Shown one piece after another: positions 9,798 through 19,583 of a stretch of DNA of 28,617 bases. The stretch is from Rickettsiella sp. (GTDB taxonomy: Bacteria; Pseudomonadota; Gammaproteobacteria; Diplorickettsiales; Diplorickettsiaceae). The first letter of the stretch is position 1; each line of letters starts with the position of its first letter. The stretch spans positions 3,892 to 32,508 of the forward strand of contig JAVHYG010000002.1 in assembly GCA_031119195.1 (NCBI GenBank). Reading direction: 5' to 3'. The position numbers and the translations under genes are program-made. Below the pieces are notes generated by a model. That model ran no database searches. It was not told where the DNA came from and worked only from the letters and a program-made list of their open reading frames with translations.

Positions 9798-10838
9798 TCA
9801 ATAGTTACATGAAGTCTCAATAGAGCCGCAAGATACGACTGCCCTAAGTTCTGGAATGAATAAATCAAAAAATTCCTCTACTTGAATTTCCTTTTCAGAT
9901 ACTATTATTTTATTTATAGGCTTCTTTCTACCGAAAGCCCATTCCCATAGTTTACCAATACAGACACTTTTCGCTTAGTTACCCTGTATCGCATTGTGTA
10001 AAGATTGTATAATTGTCTGATATTAGTAGAAACTTTAAATGCTTCATAATTTTTTTCAATAAAATTAATAATTCGATGCACAGCAATATAGGCCAAACTA
10101 CGAAGTGCCATATCTAAACCACCAGAAATCTCAGCGTACTCAATATTATTTATGCCTACTTCATATTGCGAAAAAATACTATTAGCCGTTTCTCGCAATA
10201 CTCCCTGAAAATCACTCATACGAAAAGCATTAGTCGCATAAAGCACTCTTTTCTGTTTTTTCCAAATTAGATTTAGAAATACAATTAAAACTTGCCAACA
10301 AATAAAAAATTACAGATATAAATGGCATTATTATAAGTGGGATAATAGTTAATATTGCTTCAATATCACTTATTTCTTTTTCATTTTATTGTCAGTAAAG
10401 TGAGATTTTAAATGATAAGGTGCTACCCCCGCCACGATTAAATTTAATAAATTTCTTACAAAAGCTATATAAGGAGAGATCCAATGAGAATGCTCTTTAC
10501 CACTTAGCACTACTTTACTTTATTTTCCATTTCTTTATTCATTTTTTCAAAAAGAATCAATAAAAATATCCTTACGCGACTTAGCTTGCTCATGATATAT
10601 TCCATCATTAAGCAAGAATATATATATTCATTATCACTATCAGTTGATGTTTGATCACTACTAACATCATTAGTTTGATCTGCAAAAACAGATGAACAAA
10701 ATAACTAGACGTACCATCATAAGAAATTTTAGCATCCCACGAGTAATTTGAAGAAGCTTGCAACGGACACGAATAGAAGAGATTCGGTAAAGAAGCGCTT
10801 TTCTTTTTCCTTTTTAGATCCGATCTAAAGTTAGGCAT
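9798..10838 (-). pseudogene. Multiply frameshifted ~345-codon hypothetical gene
   Basis: AGGGA SD then ATG 10838 (MPNFRSDLK...); protein-like segments continue in alternating frames, include a TM-like stretch and the track ORF 9914-10246, and end at TGA 9800-9798 next to the rnhA stop. Confidence 0.65.
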
Positions 10839-10882
10839 TATTTCCCTAAATTTATTTTTGTATATTCTATAATTATATGCCA

Positions 10883-10922
10883 AATGCACTTGAAATTGCG
10901 AATTTGCAATTGCAAGTGCATT
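10883..10922. repeat. 40-bp near-perfect palindrome / hairpin
   Basis: AATGCACTTG-A-AATTGC-GAATTT-GCAATT-G-CAAGTGCATT; lies downstream of lpxC and the small ORF; T-rich tract follows on +. Confidence 0.8.
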
Positions 10923-10967
10923 CTTTTCGCGACGGGAGTTTTTAACAGGAGAACCTCAGTTCTTTCC

Positions 10968-11150
10968 TTATTGGGGCACGTAAGCTTTTGCGTCCCATGC
11001 AATTGGAATACCGCTCGTAGTGTATTTAAAAAATTCGCTGTTTAAACTAATAGCAGTATTTAATTTTAAATAAAATACCTCACAATAAAAATATAACCAA
11101 GATGCAGAAAACTTAAAAGAATAAAAAGTATAAATAAGATACACAGCCAT
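10968..11150 (-). CDS. Small 60-aa aromatic-rich ORF translationally coupled to lpxC
   Basis: TAATG stop/start overlap with lpxC at 11148-11152; no family recognised. Confidence 0.35.
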   Translation of the reverse strand: MAVYLIYTFYSFKFSASWLYFYCEVFYLKLNTAISLNSEFFKYTTSGIPIAWDAKAYVPQ

Positions 11151-12106
11151 TAATTAGCGGCTAACGGAACTCGTCGATAGGCCAAAGGTGCTTCTACTTC
11201 ATCTGCAAATTCAACATATTCCCATGCTGCAGCATTATCTAATAAACGACGAAGCAATAAATTATTGAGTGCATGACCTGATTTATATCCACTAAAAGAA
11301 CCGATGAGACTATGACCAAGTAAGTATAAATCACCGACGGCATCCAGAATTTTATGCCTCACAAACTCATCTTCATAACGCAAACCATCTTCATTCAACA
11401 CTCTATATTCATCAACAACAACGGCATTATCAAGACTACCTCCTAAAGCCAAACGAACTTCACGTAGCTTTTCATAATCTGCCATAAAACCAAAGGTCCG
11501 AGCCCTACTCACTTCTTTAATATAGGAAGTTTTCGAAAAATCAATGCTTGCTTTTTGACTACGATTTTGAAAAAGCGGATGATCAAACTCAATTTCAAAA
11601 GAAACTCTAAAACCGTTAAATGGTTCAAAGGAAGCCCATTTATCCCCATCTGTTACTTTTATAGGCCGCTTTATACGAATAAAACGCTTTGCCATACTTT
11701 GTTCTTCAATACCCGCTGATTGAATAAGAAAAATAAAAGGCCCAGCACTGCCATCCATAATTGGAATTTCTGAAGCAGTAATGTCGACATAGGCATTATC
11801 AATGCCTAAACCTGCCATAGCAGACATTAAATGCTCAATCGTCGCAACGCGTACACCATTTTTTAATAAGGTCGTTTGTAAGGTAGTTTCACCTACATGC
11901 TCAGCCCGGGCTTGTACTTCGACAATGGGATTGAAATCAATTCGACGGAAGATAATACCCGTATTAATAGGAGCAGGCCGTAAGGTCAAAATAGCCGTTT
12001 CACCACTATGTAAAGTAATTCCAGCTGCTTTAATGACATTCTTTAATGTACGTTGCTTTAAAGCACGTGAAATTAGAGCTGAGCTGTATTTTTTATAACT
12101 AGACAC
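11150..12106 (-). CDS. lpxC: UDP-3-O-acyl-N-acetylglucosamine deacetylase
   Basis: [41 protein letters not shown] motifs; GTG start 2 nt after the ftsZ stop gives a ~14-aa N-terminal extension (start uncertain). Confidence 0.98.
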   Translation of the reverse strand: MSSYKKYSSALISRALKQRTLKNVIKAAGITLHSGETAILTLRPAPINTGIIFRRIDFNPIVEVQARAEHVGETTLQTTLLKNGVRVATIEHLMSAMAGLGIDNAYVDITASEIPIMDGSAGPFIFLIQSAGIEEQSMAKRFIRIKRPIKVTDGDKWASFEPFNGFRVSFEIEFDHPLFQNRSQKASIDFSKTSYIKEVSRARTFGFMADYEKLREVRLALGGSLDNAVVVDEYRVLNEDGLRYEDEFVRHKILDAVGDLYLLGHSLIGSFSGYKSGHALNNLLLRRLLDNAAAWEYVEFADEVEAPLAYRRVPLAAN

Positions 12107-12108
12107 CC

Positions 12109-13275
12109 TTATGAAACCTCTTCTTGTCTACGTAAAAAAGCAGGAATATCAAGATATTCAATATCTGAAGCATTTGAATCAACCACAGGTTTAGCAGAAG
12201 GCACAGCTGTGCTCTGTTTTCGCAACACTGCGGGTCGTTCGAGTTGATGATAATCCAAAGAACCATCAGCTGCTCTTACAAGACTCGCTGTACCTGTCTG
12301 CGTTGAATAAATAGCGCCTAATCCCGTTACTACAATTGTAACCCTCAATTCATCACTTATATCCGGATCAATGACAGTTCCAACAACGACTGTCGCACTT
12401 TCAGAAGTAAAACTCTTTATCACTTCGCCTACTTCCTCAAATTCCCCAATTGATAAATCAGGACCTGCTGTAATGTTAACTAATACACCGCGAGCACCCG
12501 CCAAATCAATATCTTCTAACAACGGACTTGCAATTGCTGCTTCTGCAGCTAAACGCGCCCTATCCTCACCAGAACCAATTCCGGTTCCCATCATGGCCAT
12601 ACCCATTTCCGACATAACCGTTCGAACGTCAGCAAAATCAACATTGATTAAACCCGGACGCGTAATTAATGCCGCGATTCCCTTAACGGCGCCAAATAAT
12701 ACATCATTTACCGCCTTAAATGCATCTAAAAGGCTAACATTTTTACCTAAAACGTTCATTAGCTTGTTGTTGGGTATAGTAATTAATGAATCAACATACT
12801 GGCTAAGGTGTTTTATGCCTTCTTCAGCTAAGTGCAAACGTTTCTTTCCTTCAAACACAAAAGGTTTTGTCACAACGGCTACTGTTAAAATTCGCATTTG
12901 TTTAGCTATTTCTGCAACAACAGGCGCAGCACCTGTACCTGTACCACCACCCATACCTGCGGTGATAAAAACCATATCAGCGCCTTCTAGCGCTGCTCGT
13001 ATACGCTCCCTGTCAGCTTCAGCCGCTTGACGACCTATGTCTGGATTTGCACCAGCCCCTAATCCTTTCGTAATTTGCTGTCCTAGCTGTAATAAGCATT
13101 TAGCCGATGAGTTTTTTAAAGCTTGTGCATCTGTATTAGCACAAATAAACTCAACGCCATCAATATCTTGCGCTAACATATGTTCGAGCGCATTTCCGCC
13201 GCCTCCACCCACACCAATGACTTTTATCACTGCATTTTGTAAAGGGGTATCGACTAAACCAAATAGGGAACTCAT
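12109..13275 (-). CDS. ftsZ: Cell division protein FtsZ
   Basis: GGGTGTG tubulin signature, INVDFADV, C-terminal LDIPAFLR; GAGGAG SD. Confidence 0.99.
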   Translation of the reverse strand: MSSLFGLVDTPLQNAVIKVIGVGGGGGNALEHMLAQDIDGVEFICANTDAQALKNSSAKCLLQLGQQITKGLGAGANPDIGRQAAEADRERIRAALEGADMVFITAGMGGGTGTGAAPVVAEIAKQMRILTVAVVTKPFVFEGKKRLHLAEEGIKHLSQYVDSLITIPNNKLMNVLGKNVSLLDAFKAVNDVLFGAVKGIAALITRPGLINVDFADVRTVMSEMGMAMMGTGIGSGEDRARLAAEAAIASPLLEDIDLAGARGVLVNITAGPDLSIGEFEEVGEVIKSFTSESATVVVGTVIDPDISDELRVTIVVTGLGAIYSTQTGTASLVRAADGSLDYHQLERPAVLRKQSTAVPSAKPVVDSNASDIEYLDIPAFLRRQEEVS

Positions 13276-13439
13276 GATGATATCACTCCTCAGACCTTCT
13301 ATATTATTTAGGGACTAACGACATTCAAACCATAAACTTTAGATTTCTGCATTTCATTTACTCGCATAATTTGCTTTATGCTTTTTACACGACTGGAAAG
13401 CTATAATTTTTCATTCTTCTAGTCATGTATAATCCCTGA

Positions 13440-14669
13440 TTAAAAATTTTCACGTAACCAATTTTTCATACGGGCTAATTTTCCACGAAACATCGCATGA
13501 TTAGGTTGTTTACGTTGTTCACATTGTTGCTGATAACCATAAAGTAATAGGCCTGTACCCGTCGCGTACATACCATTATTAGTAACTTCATTATTTCCAT
13601 TGACATATTGCGGATTACCTAATCTAACTGGTAACTTGAAAATTTTCTCAGCCAACTCAACGGATCCATTAACATTCGAAGCACCCCCAGTCAATACAAT
13701 TCCTGCTGCAAGAAATTCTTCAAAACCACTACGGTGCAATTCAGTTTTCACTAGGCGAAAAAGTTCTTCATAGCGCGGTTCCACTACTTCCGCTAAAGCA
13801 CGCTTAGATAATGTTCTGCCGGGACGATCGCCAACGCCAGTTACCTCTACCAATTCATCAGAATTCGCCAACTCAGCTAACGCACATGCATATTTTCTTT
13901 TGATTTGTTCAGCACTTTGCGTGGGTGTTCTCAAAGCAACCGCAATATCATTAGTCACCTGATCGCCGGCTATAGGAATAACGGAAGTAAAACGAATAGC
14001 ACCTTGTGTAAAAATAGCAATATCGGTTGTTCCTCCACCAATGTCTATTAAACAAACACCTAATTCTTTTTCATCTTCTGTTAATACAGACTGACTTGAA
14101 GCTAATTGTTCTAAAATAATTTCTGAAACCTCTAAACCACAACGTTGTATACATTTGATAATATTTTGAGCAGCACTCGCAGCGCCTGTTACCATGTGTA
14201 CTTTAGCTTCTAATCGTACACCTGACATACCTATCGGTTCACGAATACCTTCTTGACTGTCAATAATAAATTCCTGGGGTAATATATGTAATATTTTTCG
14301 ATCCGCCGGAATAGCTACTGCTCTTGCTGCATCAATAACCCGTTCAACATCAGCATGTGTTACCTCTTGACTTTGTATCGCTACAATACCATGTGAATTT
14401 AAACTACGAATATGATTGCCTGCTATGCCTGTATATACACTTCGAACAGGATAGCCTGCCATAGCTTCAGCTTCACCCACTGCTTGTTGAATTGAATTAA
14501 CTGTTGCATCAATATCAACAACTACTCCTCGCTTTAATCCTAGTGATGGATGAACGCCTAAGCCAATGACTTCAATCCCATCTGGCTTTACTTCGCCGAC
14601 TAAGGCATTGACCTTAGAGGTACCGATATCTAAACCTACAATTACATTTTTAGTCGGTTTTCTTGCCAT
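13440..14669 (-). CDS. ftsA: Cell division protein FtsA
   Basis: VGLDIGTSKV, IDIGGGTTDIA, GIVLTGG, C-terminal amphipathic MKNWLRENF. Confidence 0.99.
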   Translation of the reverse strand: MARKPTKNVIVGLDIGTSKVNALVGEVKPDGIEVIGLGVHPSLGLKRGVVVDIDATVNSIQQAVGEAEAMAGYPVRSVYTGIAGNHIRSLNSHGIVAIQSQEVTHADVERVIDAARAVAIPADRKILHILPQEFIIDSQEGIREPIGMSGVRLEAKVHMVTGAASAAQNIIKCIQRCGLEVSEIILEQLASSQSVLTEDEKELGVCLIDIGGGTTDIAIFTQGAIRFTSVIPIAGDQVTNDIAVALRTPTQSAEQIKRKYACALAELANSDELVEVTGVGDRPGRTLSKRALAEVVEPRYEELFRLVKTELHRSGFEEFLAAGIVLTGGASNVNGSVELAEKIFKLPVRLGNPQYVNGNNEVTNNGMYATGTGLLLYGYQQQCEQRKQPNHAMFRGKLARMKNWLRENF

Positions 14670-14726
14670 ATTTACCTTACCTTTAAATAACTACGGAATT
14701 ATTGATAAGCATTAACTTATTAATCT

Positions 14727-15521
14727 TCACGCCAAAAATCTCTGCTTAAACTTTACCGCCATACCATGGGTATAACGAAGATCTACATAATCTATCATAG
14801 TTGCTTTATTGGCGATAACATCTGGATAAACCTCAACAAAACGTTTTAATTGGAGCTCAGGTTCTGTTCGATTCAAATAAAGTGCTAAACCATTATTTAA
14901 CTGTAAATACCAGTATTGTTGATCAACTAATTTTAATAATTTGATTTTTAAACCTAAATCCAAAACAAATGGTTGCATTGTTTGGAACGCTTGTAACAAG
15001 TATTTTTGTTGACCTAAAGGAGCAATAAAAAGTGGAAGATCAAGTAATGAAGGATCAATTTGACCGGCACTAAAAATATTGCCTTGTTCATCTAATAAAT
15101 CATTTTTATCTATCAATGCCACAGGTTTTTTCGTAGTAAAATTCACCGCTAAGATGTCCGGCCAAAAACGTCTTATCGTTACTGTGTTTACCCAAGGTTG
15201 TTGTAATAGTCTTTCTTTTAACCCTCGGCTATCCAAACGCAAAAAACCTTTATTGGTAAATGGTAAAATAACTTGTTGCAAACTTATCCGATTAACATGG
15301 TTTAAATCACCTGTAATTTTAATATGTTTAATAGGAAATACTTTAGGATCGCCACATTTTTGCCAAATTAATATTCCACTCAATAAAATAAGTAGTACCA
15401 GTGAACTTCTAAAAAACCAGTGTCTAAAAGCATGCAAAAAGTTGAAGTAAATCCTATGTGGTTTATTAGATTGCCTTTGAAACCTTTGATTTTCAATTAC
15501 CTTTCCATCTTTGTGCATCAC
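14727..15521 (-). CDS. ftsQ: Cell division protein FtsQ
   Basis: Single N-terminal TM, POTRA-like region (FPIKHIKITG, QPWVNTVTIRRFWPD), C-terminal YVDLRYTHGMAV; upstream of ftsA. Confidence 0.93.
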   Translation of the reverse strand: MMHKDGKVIENQRFQRQSNKPHRIYFNFLHAFRHWFFRSSLVLLILLSGILIWQKCGDPKVFPIKHIKITGDLNHVNRISLQQVILPFTNKGFLRLDSRGLKERLLQQPWVNTVTIRRFWPDILAVNFTTKKPVALIDKNDLLDEQGNIFSAGQIDPSLLDLPLFIAPLGQQKYLLQAFQTMQPFVLDLGLKIKLLKLVDQQYWYLQLNNGLALYLNRTEPELQLKRFVEVYPDVIANKATMIDYVDLRYTHGMAVKFKQRFLA

Positions 15522-15691
15522 TTAACCATTCAAATGCAAATCAAAAAGAGATAATAATCTATCTGTAGTGTTTCCGCCAGTTTTACGCTTTATGCACTTG
15601 GCAAAAACATTTATCTATGTTAGTCATTTTTTACTTCTGTTCTTAAAAATGAGAAGATATATATCCTCCAAAAGCACCTTTTTAGGACATA

Positions 15692-15817
15692 TTGACCATT
15701 GTACAATGATAGCTAAAAAGAGTTGTTTTTTTGTGTTTCGTTATCCACATATTATAACTATGGCCGTTACAATACTCATAAACAACTCTTTCTCTCGCAT
15801 CCTAGAACAATGGTCAA
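15692..15817. repeat. Long interrupted inverted repeat (11-bp and 12-bp stems separated by a 14/15-nt bubble)
   Basis: TTGACCATTGT (15692-15702) pairs with ACAATGGTCAA (15807-15817); AAAGAGTTGTTT (15717-15728) pairs with AAACAACTCTTT (15780-15791). Confidence 0.85.
15741..15756 (-). promoter_or_regulatory. Consensus DnaA box adjacent to a TATAAT hexamer upstream of ftsQAZ
   Basis: TTATCCACA at 15741-15749; minus strand reads TATAAT-A-TGTGGATAA. Confidence 0.55.
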
Positions 15818-15834
15818 CACGGCTAAGTATGATC

Positions 15835-15850
15835 TTACCTTATAAGGTAA
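15835..15850. repeat. Perfect 16-bp palindrome just downstream of the dnaE stop
   Basis: TTACCTTA|TAAGGTAA. Confidence 0.7.
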
Positions 15851-15856
15851 TAATAT

Positions 15857-18800
15857 TTATTGATATTGGATAACAACACTTTCCTCTCCCAAAAGTTCTC
15901 GGAGAGTTATGAGAAGATCGTCCGAAGGTTTTACCGTCCATACATCTCCCAAACGAAGATGCAGCTGTGTACTAAGTTCAGGATGGTGATATTCTATTGT
16001 TGTAGTGCATAATCCGGGACAAAAAATACTCAGCTTTTCTTTTAATTGTTCAAGAAAATTTGGCTGAATTAATGGTTTAGAAAGCTTAATAAGCAATCGT
16101 TTTGCATAAATTTCTCTCGCATCAGCAATATCTAAAACCTTTTTAGCCAATATACGAACGTTGCCAGTTAATTCATCTTGCTGACTTTCTCCTTCAATAA
16201 TTAATAATTTATCTTTATTTAATTTATCTCGATATGCATTATATATATCACTAAACAAGGTAACCTCTAAACGGCCACTTGCATCTTCTATATTTAAAAT
16301 AGCCATGCGATCCCCGCGTTTTGTCCATAAGGATCGAATATTTAGCACCCAACCCGCTATCGTTAATGAGTGGCCTGTTTTTAAAGCACATTCGCTCAAA
16401 TTTGATGTTATAAAACAATTTAATTCTTTTTCATAATTCTCTAGCGGATGACCACTTAAATAAAAACCTAATACTTCTTTTTCTGCTTGTAAGCGTTGTA
16501 ATTTTGGCCAATCAGTTCGCTGGATTAATTGTTTTTGTTCGACAACCATAGCTAGACCAAAAAAATCTTGTTGTCCTGAATTATTAGCCAATAGTTGCTG
16601 CTCAGCAGCTAACAGTGCATCCTCTAAATTACCCACAAGAGTAGCTCGATTAAAACCAAATCCATCTAAAGACCCTGAATAGATAAGTGCTTCTAAACCG
16701 CGACGATTTAATTTATGTTGATCGGCACGCTGACACAAATCAAATAGATCATTAAAAGGCCTTTCCTCACGCCTTATAATTAACATCTCAATAACAGAAG
16801 CACCTAAACCCTTGATAGCACCTAGGCCATAACGAAGTTCACCTTTTTTACTTACAGTAAATTTATAGCAGCTAGTGTTGATATCAGGTGGTAACACCTT
16901 TAGTTTCATTAACCGACATTCTTCTAAAAAAAAGACGACTTTCTCAGTATGCTCCATATCTGACGATAAGACCGCCGCCATAAATTCAGCAGGATAATGT
17001 GTCTTAAGCCAAGCAGTTTGATATGAAACAAGTGCATAAGCCGCAGAGTGCGATTTATTAAAACCATAATCTGCAAACTTTTCCATCAAATCAAAAATTT
17101 GATCGGCTAAATAGCTTGAAACTCCTTTGTTTTTTGCACCTTCTGTAAAGATAGCCCGTTGCTTCGCCATTTCTTCCGATTTTTTTTTCCCCATAGCTCG
17201 GCGTAATAAATCTGCCGCCCCTAAGGTAAAACCCGCTAAAACTTGCGCAATCTGCATTACTTGTTCTTGGTAAAGAATAATTCCATAAGTAGAGCGTAAA
17301 ATAGGCTCTAAATAGGGATGGGAATATTCAACTTGCGCCCTACCATGTTTACGGTTAATAAAATCATCCACCATTCCTGACTGCAGCGGACCCGGGCGAA
17401 ATAAGGCAAGTAACGCAATGATATCTTCAAAGTTATCTGGCCTTAATCGTCTCACAAGGTCGCGCATCCCGCGCGACTCTAACTGAAATACAGCAGCAGT
17501 TTTACAGGCTTTTAATAAAGCGAAGGTTTTTGGATCATTTAGTGGAATCGTTGTAATATCTAAAAAAGAGTTATCTTCTGATTTTTTTGCATTGATAGAC
17601 CGTATTGCCCAATCAATAATCGTCAAGGTACGCAAGCCAAGAAAATCAAACTTTACTAAACCTACTTTTTCAATATCATCCTTATCAAATTGTGTAATAC
17701 AATGTGTTGCGCCAATTTCACAGTAAAGTGGTGTAAAATCGGTAAGCTTAGATGGTGCAATTACAACACCTCCCGCATGTTTTCCCACATTACGTACGAG
17801 TCCTTCTAATTTTTTAGCCAAATCAATTAATACTTTTATCTCGTCTTCATTCTCGTAATGGTGTTTAAAATCTTCTTCCTGATTAAGCGCTTTATCTAAT
17901 GTAATCCCTAATTCAAAGGGAATTAATTTTGCAATTTTATCGACCATTCCATAGGGGTAACCCAAAACGCGCCCCACATCTCGAACAACCGCACGTGCAG
18001 CCATACTACCGTAAGTAATAATCTGGGAAACTGATTCACGTCCATAACGTTCTGTTACATAATCAATAACACGATCACGTCCTTCCATACAAAAATCAAT
18101 ATCGAAATCCGGCATGGTAATACGTTCTGGATTTAAAAAACGCTCGAAAAGTAAACCATATTGTAAAGGTTCTAAATCAGTAATTTGCAAGGCATAAGCG
18201 ACCAAAGAACCTGCTCCCGAACCCCTCCCTGGACCTACTGGAATACCTTGTTCTTTTGCCCAACGAATAAAATCCGCAACGATAAGAAAGTAACCTGCAA
18301 ACCCCATGCTATTTATAACTTTGAGTTCAGTATTAAGCCTTTCCCAATAAACTTGAGAAGAATTTACGCTTTCTGCTCCAGAAGCGTTTAAGGACGTCAA
18401 CAACTTTGATTCTAACTGTTTAGAATCTGGATTTACCGTTATCTCAGCAATAGATATTTTTTCTAAACGTTTCAATAAACCCTTTTGAGCTTCTTCCACC
18501 AAAAAACTTTCTGGGGTCATGCCGGCAGGAATAGGAAAACTAGGTAAAAAAGCTTTACCAAAAACTAACTCTAAATTACAGCGTTTTGCAATCTCTAAAG
18601 AGTTAACTAAAGCAGATGGGATATCAGCAAATAACTGATACATTTCCTCAGTAGAACGAAGATATTGTTGTTCACTAAAGTGTTTGGGTCGCTTAGGATC
18701 GTTTAAGACATGTCCACTATTGATACAAACCCGCGCTTCATGCGCATCAAAATCTTCACTGTATAAAAACCGCACATCATTACTTGCAACGACAGGTACA

Positions 18801-19381
18801 TGACATTCAGCAGCCAATGTAGTTGCAGCAACGATATATTCTTCTTCATGTGTTCCACCTACACGTTGCAACTCTAAATAAAAGCGATTAGTAAAAAATG
18901 ATACCCAAGTTTCTAGCAATTCCTTTGCTAATATCAACTTATTCTTAAGTAATGCTTGGCCTATATCGCCTTCTCTACCACCTGATAATGCAATTAATCC
19001 TGCTGAATGAATTGATAACCAACTTTTTCGAAGTACGGGTTTATCTGCTTGCTGACCTTCTAGATAAGCCCTAGAAATTAACTGGGTTAGATTTCTATAA
19101 CCTTGTTGATTTTGACATAATAAAACTAACCGAAAAGGTTGCTCAGAAAATTGACTATTCTCAATCCAACATTCAGCACCTATAATAGGTTTAATCCCCG
19201 CATTAACTGCAGCTTGATAAAATTTTATCGCTGCAAACAAATTAGATTGGTCCGTAATACCTATAGCAGGCAATCTTAAGTCCACCGCCCTTGCAATTAA
19301 TTCATCAATACGAATTAAACCGTCGCTCAACGAATATTCGGTATGGAGATGAAGATGAATGAAAGGAGAAGGCATAGACAT
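15857..19381 (-). CDS. dnaE: DNA polymerase III alpha subunit
   Basis: PHP domain (HLHLHTEYS), GPGRGSGAGS, MPDFDIDF catalytic Asps, KFDFLGL, FNKSHSAAY, OB fold; 1174 aa. Confidence 0.99.
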   Translation of the reverse strand: MSMPSPFIHLHLHTEYSLSDGLIRIDELIARAVDLRLPAIGITDQSNLFAAIKFYQAAVNAGIKPIIGAECWIENSQFSEQPFRLVLLCQNQQGYRNLTQLISRAYLEGQQADKPVLRKSWLSIHSAGLIALSGGREGDIGQALLKNKLILAKELLETWVSFFTNRFYLELQRVGGTHEEEYIVAATTLAAECHVPVVASNDVRFLYSEDFDAHEARVCINSGHVLNDPKRPKHFSEQQYLRSTEEMYQLFADIPSALVNSLEIAKRCNLELVFGKAFLPSFPIPAGMTPESFLVEEAQKGLLKRLEKISIAEITVNPDSKQLESKLLTSLNASGAESVNSSQVYWERLNTELKVINSMGFAGYFLIVADFIRWAKEQGIPVGPGRGSGAGSLVAYALQITDLEPLQYGLLFERFLNPERITMPDFDIDFCMEGRDRVIDYVTERYGRESVSQIITYGSMAARAVVRDVGRVLGYPYGMVDKIAKLIPFELGITLDKALNQEEDFKHHYENEDEIKVLIDLAKKLEGLVRNVGKHAGGVVIAPSKLTDFTPLYCEIGATHCITQFDKDDIEKVGLVKFDFLGLRTLTIIDWAIRSINAKKSEDNSFLDITTIPLNDPKTFALLKACKTAAVFQLESRGMRDLVRRLRPDNFEDIIALLALFRPGPLQSGMVDDFINRKHGRAQVEYSHPYLEPILRSTYGIILYQEQVMQIAQVLAGFTLGAADLLRRAMGKKKSEEMAKQRAIFTEGAKNKGVSSYLADQIFDLMEKFADYGFNKSHSAAYALVSYQTAWLKTHYPAEFMAAVLSSDMEHTEKVVFFLEECRLMKLKVLPPDINTSCYKFTVSKKGELRYGLGAIKGLGASVIEMLIIRREERPFNDLFDLCQRADQHKLNRRGLEALIYSGSLDGFGFNRATLVGNLEDALLAAEQQLLANNSGQQDFFGLAMVVEQKQLIQRTDWPKLQRLQAEKEVLGFYLSGHPLENYEKELNCFITSNLSECALKTGHSLTIAGWVLNIRSLWTKRGDRMAILNIEDASGRLEVTLFSDIYNAYRDKLNKDKLLIIEGESQQDELTGNVRILAKKVLDIADAREIYAKRLLIKLSKPLIQPNFLEQLKEKLSIFCPGLCTTTIEYHHPELSTQLHLRLGDVWTVKPSDDLLITLRELLGEESVVIQYQ

Positions 19382-19558
19382 GGCTTACCAATAACAGAAG
19401 TTTCGTGTACTTTTCACACTTGAATTTTCGTATGTGTTGCTGCTCAACTCGCAATCCTCTTGTATATACCGCCGGTACTGAAGCTGCGATGTTTAAATTC
19501 ACTGCGAACGATATTTTAATCACATGACATGCACAAGCAAAGCGTGGCATGCCATCTA

Positions 19559-19583
19559 AGGGGAGAATCACAATGTCTCCCCT
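19559..19583. other. GC-rich hairpin in the long non-coding region upstream of dnaE
   Basis: AGGGGAGA-ATCACAATG-TCTCCCCT. Confidence 0.55.

Noticed and set aside
12371-13318. Long plus-strand ORFs (219 aa and 93 aa) antisense to ftsZ
   Set aside because: Shadow ORFs of a conserved gene; no SD or recognisable motif.
15522-15856. Possible oriC
   Set aside because: Only one consensus DnaA box and no dnaA/gidA context.
15568-15873. 101-aa plus-strand ORF between ftsQ and dnaE
   Set aside because: GTG start without SD, composition reflects AT-rich regulatory DNA, and it overlaps the repeat/DnaA-box element and the dnaE stop.
15857-19381. Intein in DnaE
   Set aside because: Length is near canonical; the only insert is about 22 aa and has no splicing motifs.
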